Shown: positions 26,602 to 39,791 of the stretch, piece after piece
Numbering within the stretch: position 1 is the first letter of the stretch
Layout: each line of letters starts with the position of its first letter
From: Psilocybe cubensis
Lineage: Eukaryota
Length of the DNA: 64,000 nt
Direction of reading: 5' to 3'
Assembly (NCBI GenBank): GCA_017499595.2
Contig: CM038998.1
Span: 1,426,001 to 1,490,000, forward strand
Translations under genes and position numbers: made by a program
Notes under the pieces: model-generated
Seen by the model: the letters and a program-made list of their open reading frames with translations, nothing else
Databases searched by the model: none
What the model was told of the DNA's origin: nothing

Positions 26602-29600
26602 TTAAAACAGCCCCTGGCGTTTAGATTTCAGATTGCGAAGCCTGGTACGAAGATCCTGACAAAGCAAAAAATCATTAAAAGACAGATAAAGAGAGAATCA
26701 TTAGTCGAAGACAGACCTCTACTTCTTCTGCCCGCAAGGTACCTCGCCGTTGCTCATGTTCCACTCCGCTTTCAATGCTTTCAAGAACATCGTTGATCAA
26801 TTCTCGGTAGTTGACACCAAAGAATTGGGTAAGTTTTGCGGCCCTTCTTCGACGCAATTGGAAGGTTGTAATCTCCGCCTTGGGCGTGGTTACACTGTAT
26901 TCTGAACCTGCCAAAGATATCATGGATGTCCTGGCAGGAAGCGAACGGCGTCGTTCGGACTTGATTGTGGAAGCTATTGAGGCACGTCGGTCCAGCCGAG
27001 TTGAGAAATCTTCATCTGCTTTGGGAGTAGGAGTGTCCGTATTGTTGAGATAGTCATGTAGCTCAGCCAAAGACTCTCTATCGTCCTGAATAGGGGACAA
27101 ATGGTCCGGGATTTAACAGTCCGTTCAACTACAAAGGTAGATCGAAATACTTACTCGGTCCAAGATATCATTCAAAGAATTCAAAGAGTGTTGATAATGG
27201 TTGTATATTAAAGAGTGTCGGATGTTTATATGGGCACCGCGGTCTTCAAATCCGTGGTCGTCTTTGCCCTTTGGCAAGAGTTGTCGGTTAGATTCAGATG
27301 TACCAGGACGATGAGTCTTCTTCGTCTTGGGTTTGATATAAGTGAGACTCATATTCAGAGTCTTTGTGGCAGGTAAAGCGGAATCGGAAAGGACGCCAAT
27401 AGGGATTGGAGGGGTTGACGAGGAAGGGGATGGACAATGGCGAGTGTGATAAAGCGTGAGAGGAGGGGCGACTCCAAAGACCTGCAACAAAGATTAAGTG
27501 GGTGCCTCGAGATAAAGAAAATTATCCATTGCGACATACCTTTTCCATCTTCTGAGCTCTTCGTACATTGAGAGCCTTCTCCTTGTCGTCCAAATCTTCC
27601 TTTACTCTGTCAAGTTCATCAGGCCTAGTGGATTGCGGAGTGCTCGAAGAGTTGCTCCTTCTGCGTCTCAGCCAGGCCTTGCGGCTGTTTTCGTCGTTGT
27701 CAGAGGAGCTTCCCCTATACGCTGAAGGGGCCATGCTGGCAGCAGGCAAAGATGCTTCAAGATCTTCGATCCCCAAAACTAAATTGGCTGGGACGCGGGA
27801 ACCCAGAAAGCGATGAAGCTTGGCTAATCTTTCACGTTTCCTCCTGCGTTCGTCGTCAGGCTGGTCATCCAGGGACATTGTTTCAAGCAAAGAATGAGGT
27901 GGTGACTCTGGGAGCAGTTTCTCCGATGGTTGGCTAGCAGAAACTGGGACCTCCTTCTCGTCGTCAGACAGATCAATGAACGATGTACGTGAACCTGATT
28001 TGATTTGACTTATTGGCTGATGTAGGTCATTTGATTTACCCGAGTAAATTGCTGAACTGTTTTTAGACTTTGCTCGTGGTGGAGCAGGATAACCTTCCAA
28101 TGTAGGGCTCACGATGCTCAAAAATGAGACATCATCTGGAGAGAGCGGCATAGAATGCCTTCTCATGCCGTCCAAGTAAACAGCGTTGGATTTTCGACGT
28201 CGCGGTTTTGAAGATGGGTCTGAAGAATCACGGCCAGTATCCTGTTGAGCCATAGCGTCTGCTCCGGGAGTTTGGCCAAAAACACGGGCTAATTTACGGG
28301 ATTTTCGTACGAGGTCAGCACGTTCGTCGACATCGAGAAAGTTTGTCGTTGGCGGTAGCTGGGTATCCATAGTGGTTTGGTCATGCAAAGCTAATGGCGG
28401 CGGGGAACGCCTCGGAGACGTTTGTCTCGACTTCATTGTCTGACGGTTGAAGATAGGTTTCGGAGTAGTAGGAAGAGGGGGTTTGGTAGACTGTTTTGGT
28501 TTGGTATCGTCGGGATATGGGATAAAACTGTTCTCAGAGACTGGAGAAGGAGCGAAGCTTATGGGCGACAGTGGCTCTTGTGTTGAATCTGAGGGTGAAT
28601 GCTGTCCGAAATTAAAAGCCGGATTGGCTGGGGAATAAATATCCATGAAGGAGTTGCGGGCCATGTCGTAAGAAATAGGCTCGTTGAGGAGTGAATGCTG
28701 ATGAGATTGGTCCGAACTTCCGGGGTATATAGTGCTTGAGATGCTGAAACGAGGACCGTTTTCCTCTGTAGATGCTGGGCGAATAGAAGATGTGTTTGAA
28801 GAGTCCATAGAAGAGATAGACGACTGTGGTCCGTGAGAAAGTAAGGGTCGCCGCCGCCAGGGTGTGTTGACGACACCGTCACCGTCAGGGTCATCTGGGC
28901 TGGGGCCAAGCGGGTACGGCACTGCATTAAAATTTGCAATGGCTGCTCGCGGCATGTCTAAAAGAGGGTCAAAGGTAAACCTAATGCCCAGCGGGGAGAA
29001 AGCAAGACATACCTTGGGACATCGGCTTGGTTAAGAGCCTGACAGCGCTCCTCGGGTGGCGGAGAGGACTGAGGGAAGAGGGCGAATCGAGTTTAGCGAC
29101 ATATGTTCGAGTTGGATGTGATTGTTGCCGTGCATTTGAGCCATCATTCGGGGTCCATGGCAGTGCTAATAATGTCACTGACTCTGATCCGTCACGCACT
29201 TCCTCCTCTTCAACCCGCATAAGCACGTCCTCCAGTGTCGGCGCAGGATTAATGTACGGGTTCGACAACGACGAGCTCGCTGCTCCCATCACCCTGCTCA
29301 CCGTCTCTGCTCCTCTTTTATCCTCCATTTCCAATGTCTGTCGCCCCCCTTTTGCTGCCAAATGCGGCCACTTTGGTCCTTTCACCCGTCTGGGCGGCGG
29401 CGGAAGCCCTGGTAACTCTCCGTGCTGAGGCGAGACTCTCAGTGCGGACTCTGGCGTGCCTGGCTCTGTCCCGCCTGCCGTGTTGCTAATCTGGGCGCGT
29501 ATCCGATCTTCATGCTCCAGTAGCGCGTCGAGATTGGGCGAGATTACTAATGACCGTGGTGTTACCCTTCTTGTTTGTCCTGGCGACACAACATCGTCTA

Positions 29601-29640
29601 TTGCATTCGACGACGGATCCGTTGCTGTACTCAGACTCAT
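26602..29640 (-). CDS. Hypothetical S/P-rich protein carrying four KLxxxFG-type motifs
   Basis: ORFs 28981-29670, 27522-28955, 27125-27490 and 26675-27100 join through GT-AG introns. The last exon, 26655-26602, reads DLRTRLRNLKSKRQGLF*. Confidence 0.75.
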
Positions 29641-30469
29641 ACTATATCCCCAACCTGATGGTACTGGCACCTGCCTAGATATGCGACCCCGCGGTTACAA
29701 TCTGAAGCAACTGGCCAAACGTCAGTACAACTCTCATTCAAACTGAAAACTGTAGATACCTTGGACAGCGGCCGCCGGACTCTGTGTCTATCGCTATTGC
29801 TAGAATTTAATTGAAGCCTGCGCCTATCTGGTTCTTCTAGCAGGTTATAGTTAGGAGGATGATGTCTGTCCAACTTCATCCACCACTCTCTTGATATCTG
29901 ATAGACACCGCGAAAGCTGTCTCCTCGTGTTCCATTTTTGATGATGCCGTGCAACGTTCACACAGTAAAACGCCTTACTTCCTCCGCTTCGTCCGACCCA
30001 AAGGCGTCAAGGAAACCTCCGCTTTCTATCCATCTCTAGTATCCGTTCCAAGAAAAAGCTCCAGTTTATAGGCTATGGTAGGATTGTTATATTATTCAGA
30101 CAGTCTCCTTCAACATAAGCAAATGTACCCACTTGAGCTAACGAAATGAAAGGACACAACTCTCCAGAAGGCTGTGTACCTCTTGATTAATAGACACATG
30201 AGTGGTTTTCATGACAACCTATGGGTATATGACAGATCATCAGCTTTTTCTTACCATTTGTGCACCTCACGAACTTTGGGTCAGTATTATTGGTCTTCTT
30301 ACCCGTCGATCAATGTGCACAATGGTTCCCAGAAAAGTCGAGAAGGGGCAGAAATTTCATGATAGATTGAGTTAGAATACAATGTAAGTAATAATAGGTG
30401 TATACATGATACAGTGCAAGTGAATGTCTGGGAGATGATTCCAAAAAAAAAGTTGTTCCGTAAAGTAAT

Positions 30470-33400
30470 TCAAGCTGGAGCTGGCATCTGAGGCCGGCGA
30501 GGAGGAAGAGCCGGAGGTGACTTGGGCTGAGACTGAACATCAATGGCCACCGAGCTGGACGGATGAGAATTTTCGGTGCTTGAGTCCATGTCTATGTTGC
30601 TGCTTGTTGACAATTCTTCAGTAGAATCGGATTTGACTACAGGATCGGACTTGGACGCTAAAGAGGTATTAGCATTAATAGGCTGCGAACGGTTTATGTC
30701 CTTCTCCACAATATTCTTCAGAGTTTGTGATGCAGTCGTGGTGTCTGGCGAAACGATAGTCGCGGGTCGCATTGTTGGAAACCTTGGTGGTAGTGGCGGT
30801 GGGGTCGGCTTCGCCATAGTATGAGTCGGTGACGAAACAATTATTGCTGCTGGTGCTAACGATGGGGGGTCATCATCAGGGGTCTCAGTCCGCATAGGAT
30901 CATCAATAGACTGCTGTTGCTGTTGCACATTTGGCTCTGGTTGACCACGGGTATCCGAATCGTGGCCCTGATTTGACGGATTCTTCCACAAACGATACAC
31001 AGATTGAATGGCTGGATTTTTTAAAAGGGGAGTGTCCGACTGTGCCGGTGGTTGAGGTGCAGCAACATGCCCCATCGACTGTACTTCTCCACGATGGCTG
31101 GCATGAATGCCGGGAATAGACATGGTCTTTGCAACGGGTTGAACATGTATAGGGGCATGTCTGACAGGTTCATTGGCCTCTGGCAGATCCTTCAAGTCTA
31201 CTTCAGTCTCTACCCCGCTAAGTGAAGGGGAGGATTTCTTCGTTGTCAATCGAGGGGTTGTCAAACGGGCCGCCGACGTAATGATCGAAGGATTGGCAGG
31301 TACCTCGGAATAAACAGAGTTACTGGGTAACGCCTGATTGGGTGAGCTCATAACTCTTGCCCGTGGTGTAGTAGGAGACGCAGCCGACTGCAGTGTGTCC
31401 GAGGATTCGCCACGCTGATGAGGTGCTCTCTCCTTCCGCTCGGCTACCGCTGCTCGCACCTCCGCATAACTTGCCCTTGCCTTCTGAGCAAGCGTACTAG
31501 ATCCGTCAGACCGTGGTGGGCTACTCCCCACTTGGGGACCATCTTCCCCAGACGAACTAGCCGAATCTTTCTTGAATCCTGCCCAATTAGCACCCCATTT
31601 TCGGATAGCCTCTTTCGCAGAGTTACTGATAGCTTGTTTATCGGCTCCTGCAGCTTTCGATTTCAAAGTTGAAAAGAAGGAAGGCGGGCTTGCAGAACGG
31701 GCGATCTGGGCTGCGTCCGAATTTTTGCGAGGGGTATTTGGTACGGATTTCGGTTTTATTCCGGATTCTTCGTTTTCTGAATAGTTGCCGGCGCTATACG
31801 AGAACTGCGACGACGAAGAACGACGGGAGCTTTGGCTTGTACGCAATTGTTCAGACTCGTCTTTCACCGAGCGCTCTGGTGTAAGAGACCGAGGACTTGA
31901 CGATTTCGGAGTAGATTGAGAACGGGGACTTGAATTTCTCTCCTGTTCAACAGTACGGCCACGATCTCCGTCGGAAGAACCTTCCTTGACATTAGGAAAT
32001 ATACTATCTGTAGTCAACGAATTAAGATCTTCACTGCGAAGAGAGTTGAACCAAGTAGAACGTCTTGTACTGTTATTGGCTGAATCTTGGTGATCGTCAA
32101 CCAGATCTGTGGAAATTATGGGAATATCCACAGGGGCCGACACAGAACGCTCCATTGAATTCGTAGATGTCTCTTCTGTGTGTTTCGAACTAGTTGAGGG
32201 GGTGGAATCCTTAGAAATTATGGATGAAGTGTCCGGTAATGGCATGGACGCAACAGATTGGACATCATCTGGTATTGGGGAAGGGACAGTTGTGGAGACG
32301 TGTGGTTTTCGTCCTGCCTCTGGCCAGATGCCGCCGCGGTGTTCATAAGGTGCTGTTTCGAAGAACGCAATATCGTCCATATTTGGCATTACAACCGACT
32401 CTTGGATCTAAACAAATGCCAAACATGAATTACAAGCAAGAAAAAATAAACGTTGGTACATACAATTTCTTTGAATTTCGATTCAATGGTACCCAGAATC
32501 ATGCCCCACGTAATTTGACGATCGCTTACAATAGGTTCTACCTCGAGGACCATTCTCGGTGTCTGTGTGAATGCATACCAAATACGATTGCTAGGCGGGC
32601 GCTTAACCTTGATTAGGAGGTTTCCTTCCAGTTCCTTGAGGACAGCAGCCAGAACCAGTTTGACTGTGTAGGATTTAAATCTAGCACCTAGGTTGATGAC
32701 TGCAGTGGCTTCAACTGTAATTCGCACCTCCCCCTTGTATTGAAGATGAACTTCCATAGACGCGTCTCCTTCTTTGGTCAGCTCCTTGAGCATGGGTTTA
32801 CTCAACATAGGAGGCTTATTGCCAACCGACACTTGCGTAACAGCGATTTCTGTAAGAAAAGCTGGACGTTTGACTTTAGAAAGCTTCTTCATCAGCCTGC
32901 CAATGATGTACGCCTCAAGGTTATGGGTCCTGTAGTGACTAAAGAATATGCGTCCCAAAAGTGCGTTTAACCAACGCATGGGTATTACGTCCGGTTGTGC
33001 ATCCAAGGTCGAGACGAGATGGTTCATATCATCAACGGAAAAAATACTGTTCAGTGGCGAAAGAGTTGGCGTTTGAGCTGGATGCTCCGAGGCGTGAATA
33101 AGAGCAAAATACCAGTCCTCCATTTCGACGTTCGACCGGACAAAAATAAACCAAGGTGTCGAGGGATCCAACGCTTCCTTCCTGGCCTCATCTTTGACCT
33201 TCTCGGAGTCTAGCTTATTTTCCCGCTGGACGTCCCGCTTTTTCCCATTCGAAGAGTCTAGTCTGTCTTCTACGCTCTCCTGTTCGTGGCCCATTTGTCT
33301 GGTAACACTGGGCATACAGTTTGATTGGATTATCTTTGGCTTGAGGCAGATGGCGTTGCGTTTAGCAAATAGTTCCCCATCAGGCAAGTCCTCGGGGTAG

Positions 33401-33870
33401 ATGACGACCTGGTGTCCGCTGAGTTCCACCGCTGCCTCGCATTCCGACATATCCTCATCTTCATAAAGGTAAAGAACCTTACCCTTCAGCACGACATACC
33501 ACATGTCTTTAGGCCGCGACCTCTTTGGATCCTTGGAGCGCGAATCCAAAAATGAACGAACGAGAGTGACGTAGCTCCCATCCCCAGCAGTCTCCTCGAA
33601 TGTCCGGCGCATGGTCAGCCATCCTTTTCGCGTACGCGGGGTGTCGTTTATCTCAGTGTTGGAAAGTTTCTCAGGTGATGCTTGTTCTTTGCCCCCATCC
33701 TCCCCGTCCTCTTTGTTGGTGGTTTCTAGTCGTTCCCTGGTCTTCTTGGCGACATCGGCATCCCCAACCGGGACAGACGTATAGATAGTGATGAAGATGA
33801 CAGAAATAATAAGTAGGGGAACGAATGTTATACCTCCGAGAACGTATGCATAGAAGAGGGCTCTAAGCAT
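30470..33870 (-). CDS. NVJ2: Nvj2/TEX2-like membrane-contact-site lipid transfer protein (TM-PH-SMP, disordered C-terminal tail)
   Basis: N-terminal TM ([16 protein letters not shown]), PH-like [16 protein letters not shown]...EMEDWYFAL, and [15 protein letters not shown]...[15 protein letters not shown]...[13 protein letters not shown]. One intron at about 32457-32408. Confidence 0.85.
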
Positions 33871-34050
33871 CGCCTAATGCCTGGTGGAGGTTACTGAAGA
33901 AATGGGTGTGGAAGGAGTCCGTACAATGGCGAGCCCAAGAGGGTCACGGTGACGACTGTACACGTGTACGTGACAGTAGTCACCATCAAAGAATTATAAT
34001 GGTTTGTTACTTTTCAGCGTGTTCAACTTTGGTTCAACTTTAATACTTCG

Positions 34051-35611
34051 ATGATGGGTTCATATGGGCCTAAATTCGACTCTAACAATGGGACGTTCAC
34101 ATCCCCGTATTGTTCTCCTCTTTCTCCGAGCTCAAGAAAACGTGATATTGACATGATATCCGCCAACTCTCGTGATTCGGATTCAGATTCCAGTAATTAT
34201 AGTACCACGCGGAGGATCCGTGGTGCATCCAATAAACGTATTAGGACGGTTCCCCAGAGAAACGATCCGTCTGGTTCCTCCCAGAGAAATCAAAGTCTAC
34301 CTGCATCTATAATCAAGAAAATGACAGGCACACTCCCTCCGTACAACGATAATTCCACTTGGGTTGATGACCCAACTAATAACAAGGTGTATATGTATGG
34401 AGGGATCCGGCCTGGCGATGATTTAAATCAGCCCTCGACAGACTTTGGATAAACCTAACAGACCCTTACCCCGTCTTGGACAGCCAGGATGTACCTTTTG
34501 GCGCTGCGGAAATACTAGTCTAATTGTTATGTTTGGAGGGTATGATCTGGAGGCAGACAAACCAAGTGCTCGAGTCATCATTATAAATCCTAGTGCTACT
34601 GAATGGTGGTACGAAGAACATCTGGACATAGGAGGGCCTACTCCCTGCATTTCCCCGTCTCTCGTAACTGTGGGCAACAAGATCTACATATTTGGCGGCT
34701 ACCAATCGTACAATGTTGATCCAATGCCATGTTATTCCTATAGTGTTTTGGAATGGGAACCTTCGTCGGCCACTTCACGAAGTCTTTGGTCCTGGAAATG
34801 CTGCAATAATCCGTATAAACAACCTATGCCTGAGAAAACAATAATTGGAGAAGCTTTATCAGTATATAATGGCAAATTCATTTTGTTGGCCCCCGGGAAA
34901 ACCAACGAACACGACAAAAACAACAAAGTGGGTATTAAATCCTGTGTTTTTCTATCTTGACTAATGTTAGATTATGCTTTACAGTATCTTCGATTTACAA
35001 ACCAGAACTTATTCTATTTTCGTCCCTCTGATGAAACTTTTCGACCTCTATTCCTCCAGGGAGATACCCCTAAAGATATTGGGTGGTATGTAATTTGCGA
35101 CCTCCAGTCTACAATGGCCACCGTTACTGCGGGTAATCTACCACCTTTCATAAACCTGAATGTTTCAGCTACTGTCGGTTCTGTACCAAAAAAGAGGGGC
35201 CGCCCACCTAGAAATTTGCCATCATCATCATCACCATCACCCTCTGTGGCCTTTGCACCCCCTTCTCACCCAAGAACTCCATTCTTCCCTCCAATCCCCT
35301 CCATTGTCATATGCGCGTGGATCGCCCAACGCGAGACCCCTCATGGATATATAGATTTAGAACGGACAGACCCTGTTGTGGTGAATTATAAGCCCGAAAT
35401 ATGGCGAATCACCTTTGGACCTATGGACGAATGCGAAAATCTTGATTATATGCAAAAAGTCTCCCAAATGGATGCTGATTTTCAAGGATTTACGGTTGCC
35501 AATGGACGCATGTATCTTCTTGGATCGGATCAAAAAATAAAATCCTCGTTTCCAGATAGCAAGCGACTTGACACATGGAATATCTTCCTAGATCTTACTA
35601 CAATCTCTTGA
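34051..35611 (+). CDS. Kelch/galactose-oxidase-like beta-propeller protein with an AT-hook; reading frame broken or spliced at about 34395-34461 (possible pseudogene)
   Basis: Kelch-like VYMYGG, IVMFGGYD and KIYIFGGY repeats spread over three ORFs, an intron at about 34928-34984, and PKKRGRPPRN (AT-hook) near 35187-35216. Confidence 0.6.
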
Positions 35612-36075
35612 TACATGCACTTCTTCCTTTCTTGATATTCGGCATGTAGTATGCTTTACCTCCATGCCCACAACTTCAACATCAGACACCGTTCTGGTAT
35701 CTTTGATATTCGCTGCAGTCTCCAATAACCAAGCTCGCTACTACCACATGTAATATATTTGTTCGTCCATAATATTTCTTATGTACAATCGAGTAATTTC
35801 TTGGAAATCATATTCACAGATACAACAGTACTATACAACTCGAAGATACTATACAAGGATAACTCCAAAATTACAGGGATAGAAGAATTACTAACAACGA
35901 CAGTTGACAACACAGTTTTCTAACAATAAAACGAAGAGAAGTATCAGGGTATCTAATACACTGAAGCGGCATTAATGCTATCGAAGCCTTCAGGGTACAT
36001 GAACATTGAAATTGCTTTTTTTGCAGCTTTATCGTAATTTGGAATGTAATCTTGAAGTACCCCTATGTTGAAACT

Positions 36076-37114
36076 TTATCTGCAGTGACGACCTTTACTT
36101 CCACTGCAAACGAGTGACCGGCATGGTTTCTTCTTGGACGAAATGGGCTTTGAAAAAAGCCCACGTCTATGCTGCTCTTCCAAAGAAGGTAGAATGGCAA
36201 CCCACCGCCCATTTCTCCATTCCCAATCGTCAATATTGGGTAAGAAGCTGGACTCTAGGGACATTGGGGGATATATTTTGTTGAATACCGGGTGAGATGG
36301 AACAGGAAGGAGATTTCCGAATGCGTTATCTTGGTATGGGATGCAACTAGATCTTTCTCGACGTTGTGGTGGCGCCAAAGTGATAATGATTGACGGAGTA
36401 GAAGGATGAGTACTATGAATAATAATGTTCTGCTTGGTCTGTGTAAGGGAGGGTAAGAATCCAAGTAGTGATTATTATTTGTTTCGAACTTGACCTGAGA
36501 AGACCTCCGACGTTTTCTTGGAGGCCGGTCGCCCATAAGAAGTTTCGGACACAGAATTTCATTGCTACGTTCCATTTTCTCTACGATTTCAACCTTTTCA
36601 TTGTCGTTTAATAAACCTACAGGCTATAATCCAAACAATATCCAATTAATACAGCGGACAAAACACCCTAGCAGATCGACACACCAATATATTCTGAAAA
36701 GATTCTTCATGACGAGATTCCAGATCATGAAGAAGTTGCGCAATATTTTCCAAATCGCTGCTCAGCGCTTGTTGCAGGTTTGAGCAAAGGGGAGCAATGA
36801 CTCTCCCGCAAGCCATGACGGGACTCCATAAGTTGTCTTTTGCTGATGGAAGAAGGCTCCGCAAGGCTTCAAGGTCAATCACCTAGCATTTTATTCGATT
36901 CAAAGAGGAGAGTGCAGGTTATGAAAAAGAAACCCACCAAGGCATGTTCGCCATCCTCATTCTCCTGCGTGGAAAGCGCAGAAGAATCAAAGCATACGTT
37001 CACCAAGTGAGCGGTTGCTGTAGTGATACGGGCCAACATGAGGGCTACTAAAGCCTCTCCTGCAACGTAGTAAGAATTCAACGGAGATGCGGATGACCGT
37101 CTACAGCAAACCAT
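36076..37114 (-). CDS. Hypothetical protein (about 4 exons)
   Basis: ORFs 36875-37159, 36646-36882, 36255-36575 and 36076-36378 can be joined in frame through plausible GT-AG introns. The last exon reads TPSIIITLAPP...YQDNAFGNLLPVP...WEWRNGRWVAILPSLEEQ. The start codon is uncertain. Confidence 0.55.
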
Positions 37115-38031
37115 GGAGAAGAAGGACAAACTTCCTGTAGGGGCAGGCAGCCTGGTCACTTCCCCCGCATAGATCCGGCTACCCGGTAACCCATTTGCCG
37201 ATGCCTAATTCCATAGTCTATTTTTGTCTTTTTAAGTTTGCCATCTGCCATCAACACGAAGGCTAAAGCACTAACGTTAATGATGTTTATCATCCTGATG
37301 AGTCCCGCGGCAACTGTTCACTCAACATCAGCACAATCATCAATCTCCATCAAATGATAAATATACGAGAAAGTAAACTCTTTGGTGAATCCTGGGCGAA
37401 GGTAGGCATGTCCATGAAAAGACCCAAGATGAAATTAAACTAGTGATCTGAAGAACAGCTGTGATTTGTCTTTCTCCAAGATAGCAACGTCTCCAGGATA
37501 AGAGTCAATCCCGGCATGGCGGTTTTGGTACATCACACCAGCGTCAACATTTGAAAGCTATCTCGTGTCGAGTAACCCAGGTCCGCTGTTCGTATGCCAT
37601 GACCATCCCTACGAAATTTTTCACTAGAGAAACTGAACATTGCGCCCACCGCCTGGTCAACGCCCGACATCCTGATCAATCCAGCTAAAGACCTGTCGGT
37701 TTGTCTACCAAGTACCAACAGCGCACTTCTGGGTTGTCAGACTTCGCTGGCAATGCGTTTGACCTTGGCCGTTTTCCACTACGAGTAACTATTATAACGT
37801 TTTGGACACATCATTTGCTCAGTTACTGCAGCACCCAATACTTTGGGCTTTATGCTGTCGTTAACCGTCTGTATGCGAAAGTTTCGTAACAAAGGGGAAA
37901 TGCTCTTCCCTAGATATTATAGATTAAGCAAATGACAACGTACGAGGTCTAATCTATGAATAAATACTGCAAAAGTTCACTGCAAAGAGTTCGTTGTCCA
38001 AGAAATAAGTACATCGCAGAGGAAATGCAGG

Positions 38032-39477
38032 TCACCATGTTGGTTTAGTGACGAGTTCTGTGAGCATATCCAGCGCCTGTCTGGTTTCGCTGTCCGGTAG
38101 CAAATGGAGCACATCTTGCGCCTTTTGAGCATACGCATGGGCTAGTAGTCTTGTACGTTCAACGCCCGTCGTGTTTTGGATATAATCCACGGCCTGATAT
38201 TTGGTTAGCCTGTCACACGACGAACATATTTCTTGATTGCTTACGATGTCCACATCACCTGGTGCCGTGAAATTACGTTGAATAAGGGGTAGCAACTCAG
38301 GACATTCTTCGGAGGCAAACAAAGCTGGTCCAGTAGCCAGTCCTGGCTGGATATTTTTCAGATTCTCCGAATCTTCCAGAAGCTAAATAGGAAAGTCAAT
38401 GACCATGTTTAGTTAAACATGTCTGTCGAACCCGCTCACTTGGTACGCCATACCCAAATTCCGGCCATAAGCATACGCAACTTCTTTCCGGATGTCACCC
38501 TCCAGAGCTCCTCCCAGAATAACGGCGGAACGGGCCCCCTTTGCCATCAGGCTGGCTGTCTTGAGGTATGTCTTTCGGAGGTAAAGTTCCCACGCAGCCG
38601 AGAGCGTTGTAGGTCCCTGTAGGATACCCAGCTCGGGCGTCTTGACTTGTTGCATACTCAGGATCTCTCCCTCGACCAGGTTTGAGATGACGCTCGCGAC
38701 AAGCTCGACAACCTCGCTCTCCCCAAGACGTGACAGAGCCGTACTGGCACGTCCTAGCAAAAAGTCCCCTCCCAGGATTGACAGTTTGTTCCCAAAGCCA
38801 TTTTGCTCTTCTTCTGCAGTTGAGGCGATCGTTTCATGCAGCAATGATGCCACATGAATCATTTCTACAATCTGCGCTAGCCGTATTTGTGTAGGAAGAA
38901 GCAGGGGCGGCGAGATGAGCGATGGAGGGATGTTATGGAGGGGTGCTCGTGGCGGCGGTGCTGGCGGTGGTATTGGTCTCTGCAATGCAAACACATCCTC
39001 GAATGATTTCGTGTGGTCCGGCATGCTAGGATTCCATTCATTGAGGGTTTCAGGAAGCCGCAAAGGGCGATCGAGCACCTCTAGCTGACCTGAACTGGAC
39101 TCATACGCAGCATCCCACTGTTTTTGTTCCCAGTCCTGCCCCAGGCCATTTGTCGCATGTGAAAATAGCAGCACCAGCAAAGAGCGAAGTTGCTTTGAAG
39201 GATGCAGGAAATAGTACTCTGCCATATCGGCTAGTCCGGGATGCGCTGAACCCAGGAGGTTAAGCATGTTTTTTCGTACATGAGTGAGTTCTGAGGCGAC
39301 GAGGAGGTAGGGATCTGGCCGCTGGCGCGTTTTTGGGAGGTCATGCTGGTTTGAAATAGGTTCCGGTCGTGACTTTGCAGTTGGCTCGAGATGTTGGGCC
39401 AAGACGGAGAGATTTCGTCGTTGACAGCGCGTAACTGGCAGTGATTTGAGTAATGAATGGAGAGAAGAAGGTCTCAT
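38032..39477 (-). CDS. Coq1/polyprenyl-diphosphate synthase paralog lacking both DDxxD motifs (Dlp1/PDSS2-like, probably non-catalytic)
   Basis: KQLRSLLVLL, RLAQIVEMIHVASLLH, FGNKLSILGGDFLLGRAS, YLKTASLMAKG, YAYGRNLGMAYQ and GLATGPALFA are Coq1-type motifs. FARM reads LLHETIAS and SARM reads YQLLEDSEN. There is a mitochondrial-type presequence. Confidence 0.85.
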
Positions 39478-39791
39478 CTCATGGATAACGAGTCGACTGG
39501 GAAGAGAGGGACTCGGCTGTCGAATGTGATCGCAGCCCAACTCAGGGAATTACAACAGGCTTTTTGCCAAATTTCCCGCGCACAATTATTCGCTCATACA
39601 TGACGGACTCGGCTCTTAAAAATAAATCCATTTGTAGTTGTTCTAATTGATATTTTACATATGCTACCGCGATATTAGTGTGCTGTACAATTTATCTCTA
39701 AAGCAATTAGATAGCTATGCAAAGGGTGAAAGCGAACAAAGGGGTATCAGTGTCCATGATGGCCGTAAGCTGCTGCGGGTTTTGCGCGCGC

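Noticed and set aside
32389-32460. Intron-retained NVJ2 ORF ends in ...RSKSRL*, a PTS1-like tripeptide
   Set aside because: SRL* is just the alternative frame of the conserved IQESVVM codons, and the protein has an N-terminal membrane anchor, so peroxisomal matrix import is implausible.
35953-36075. About 40 open codons in frame after the stop of the minus-strand hypothetical gene (possible readthrough)
   Set aside because: The stop is TAA without a readthrough context, and an open run of this length is common by chance.
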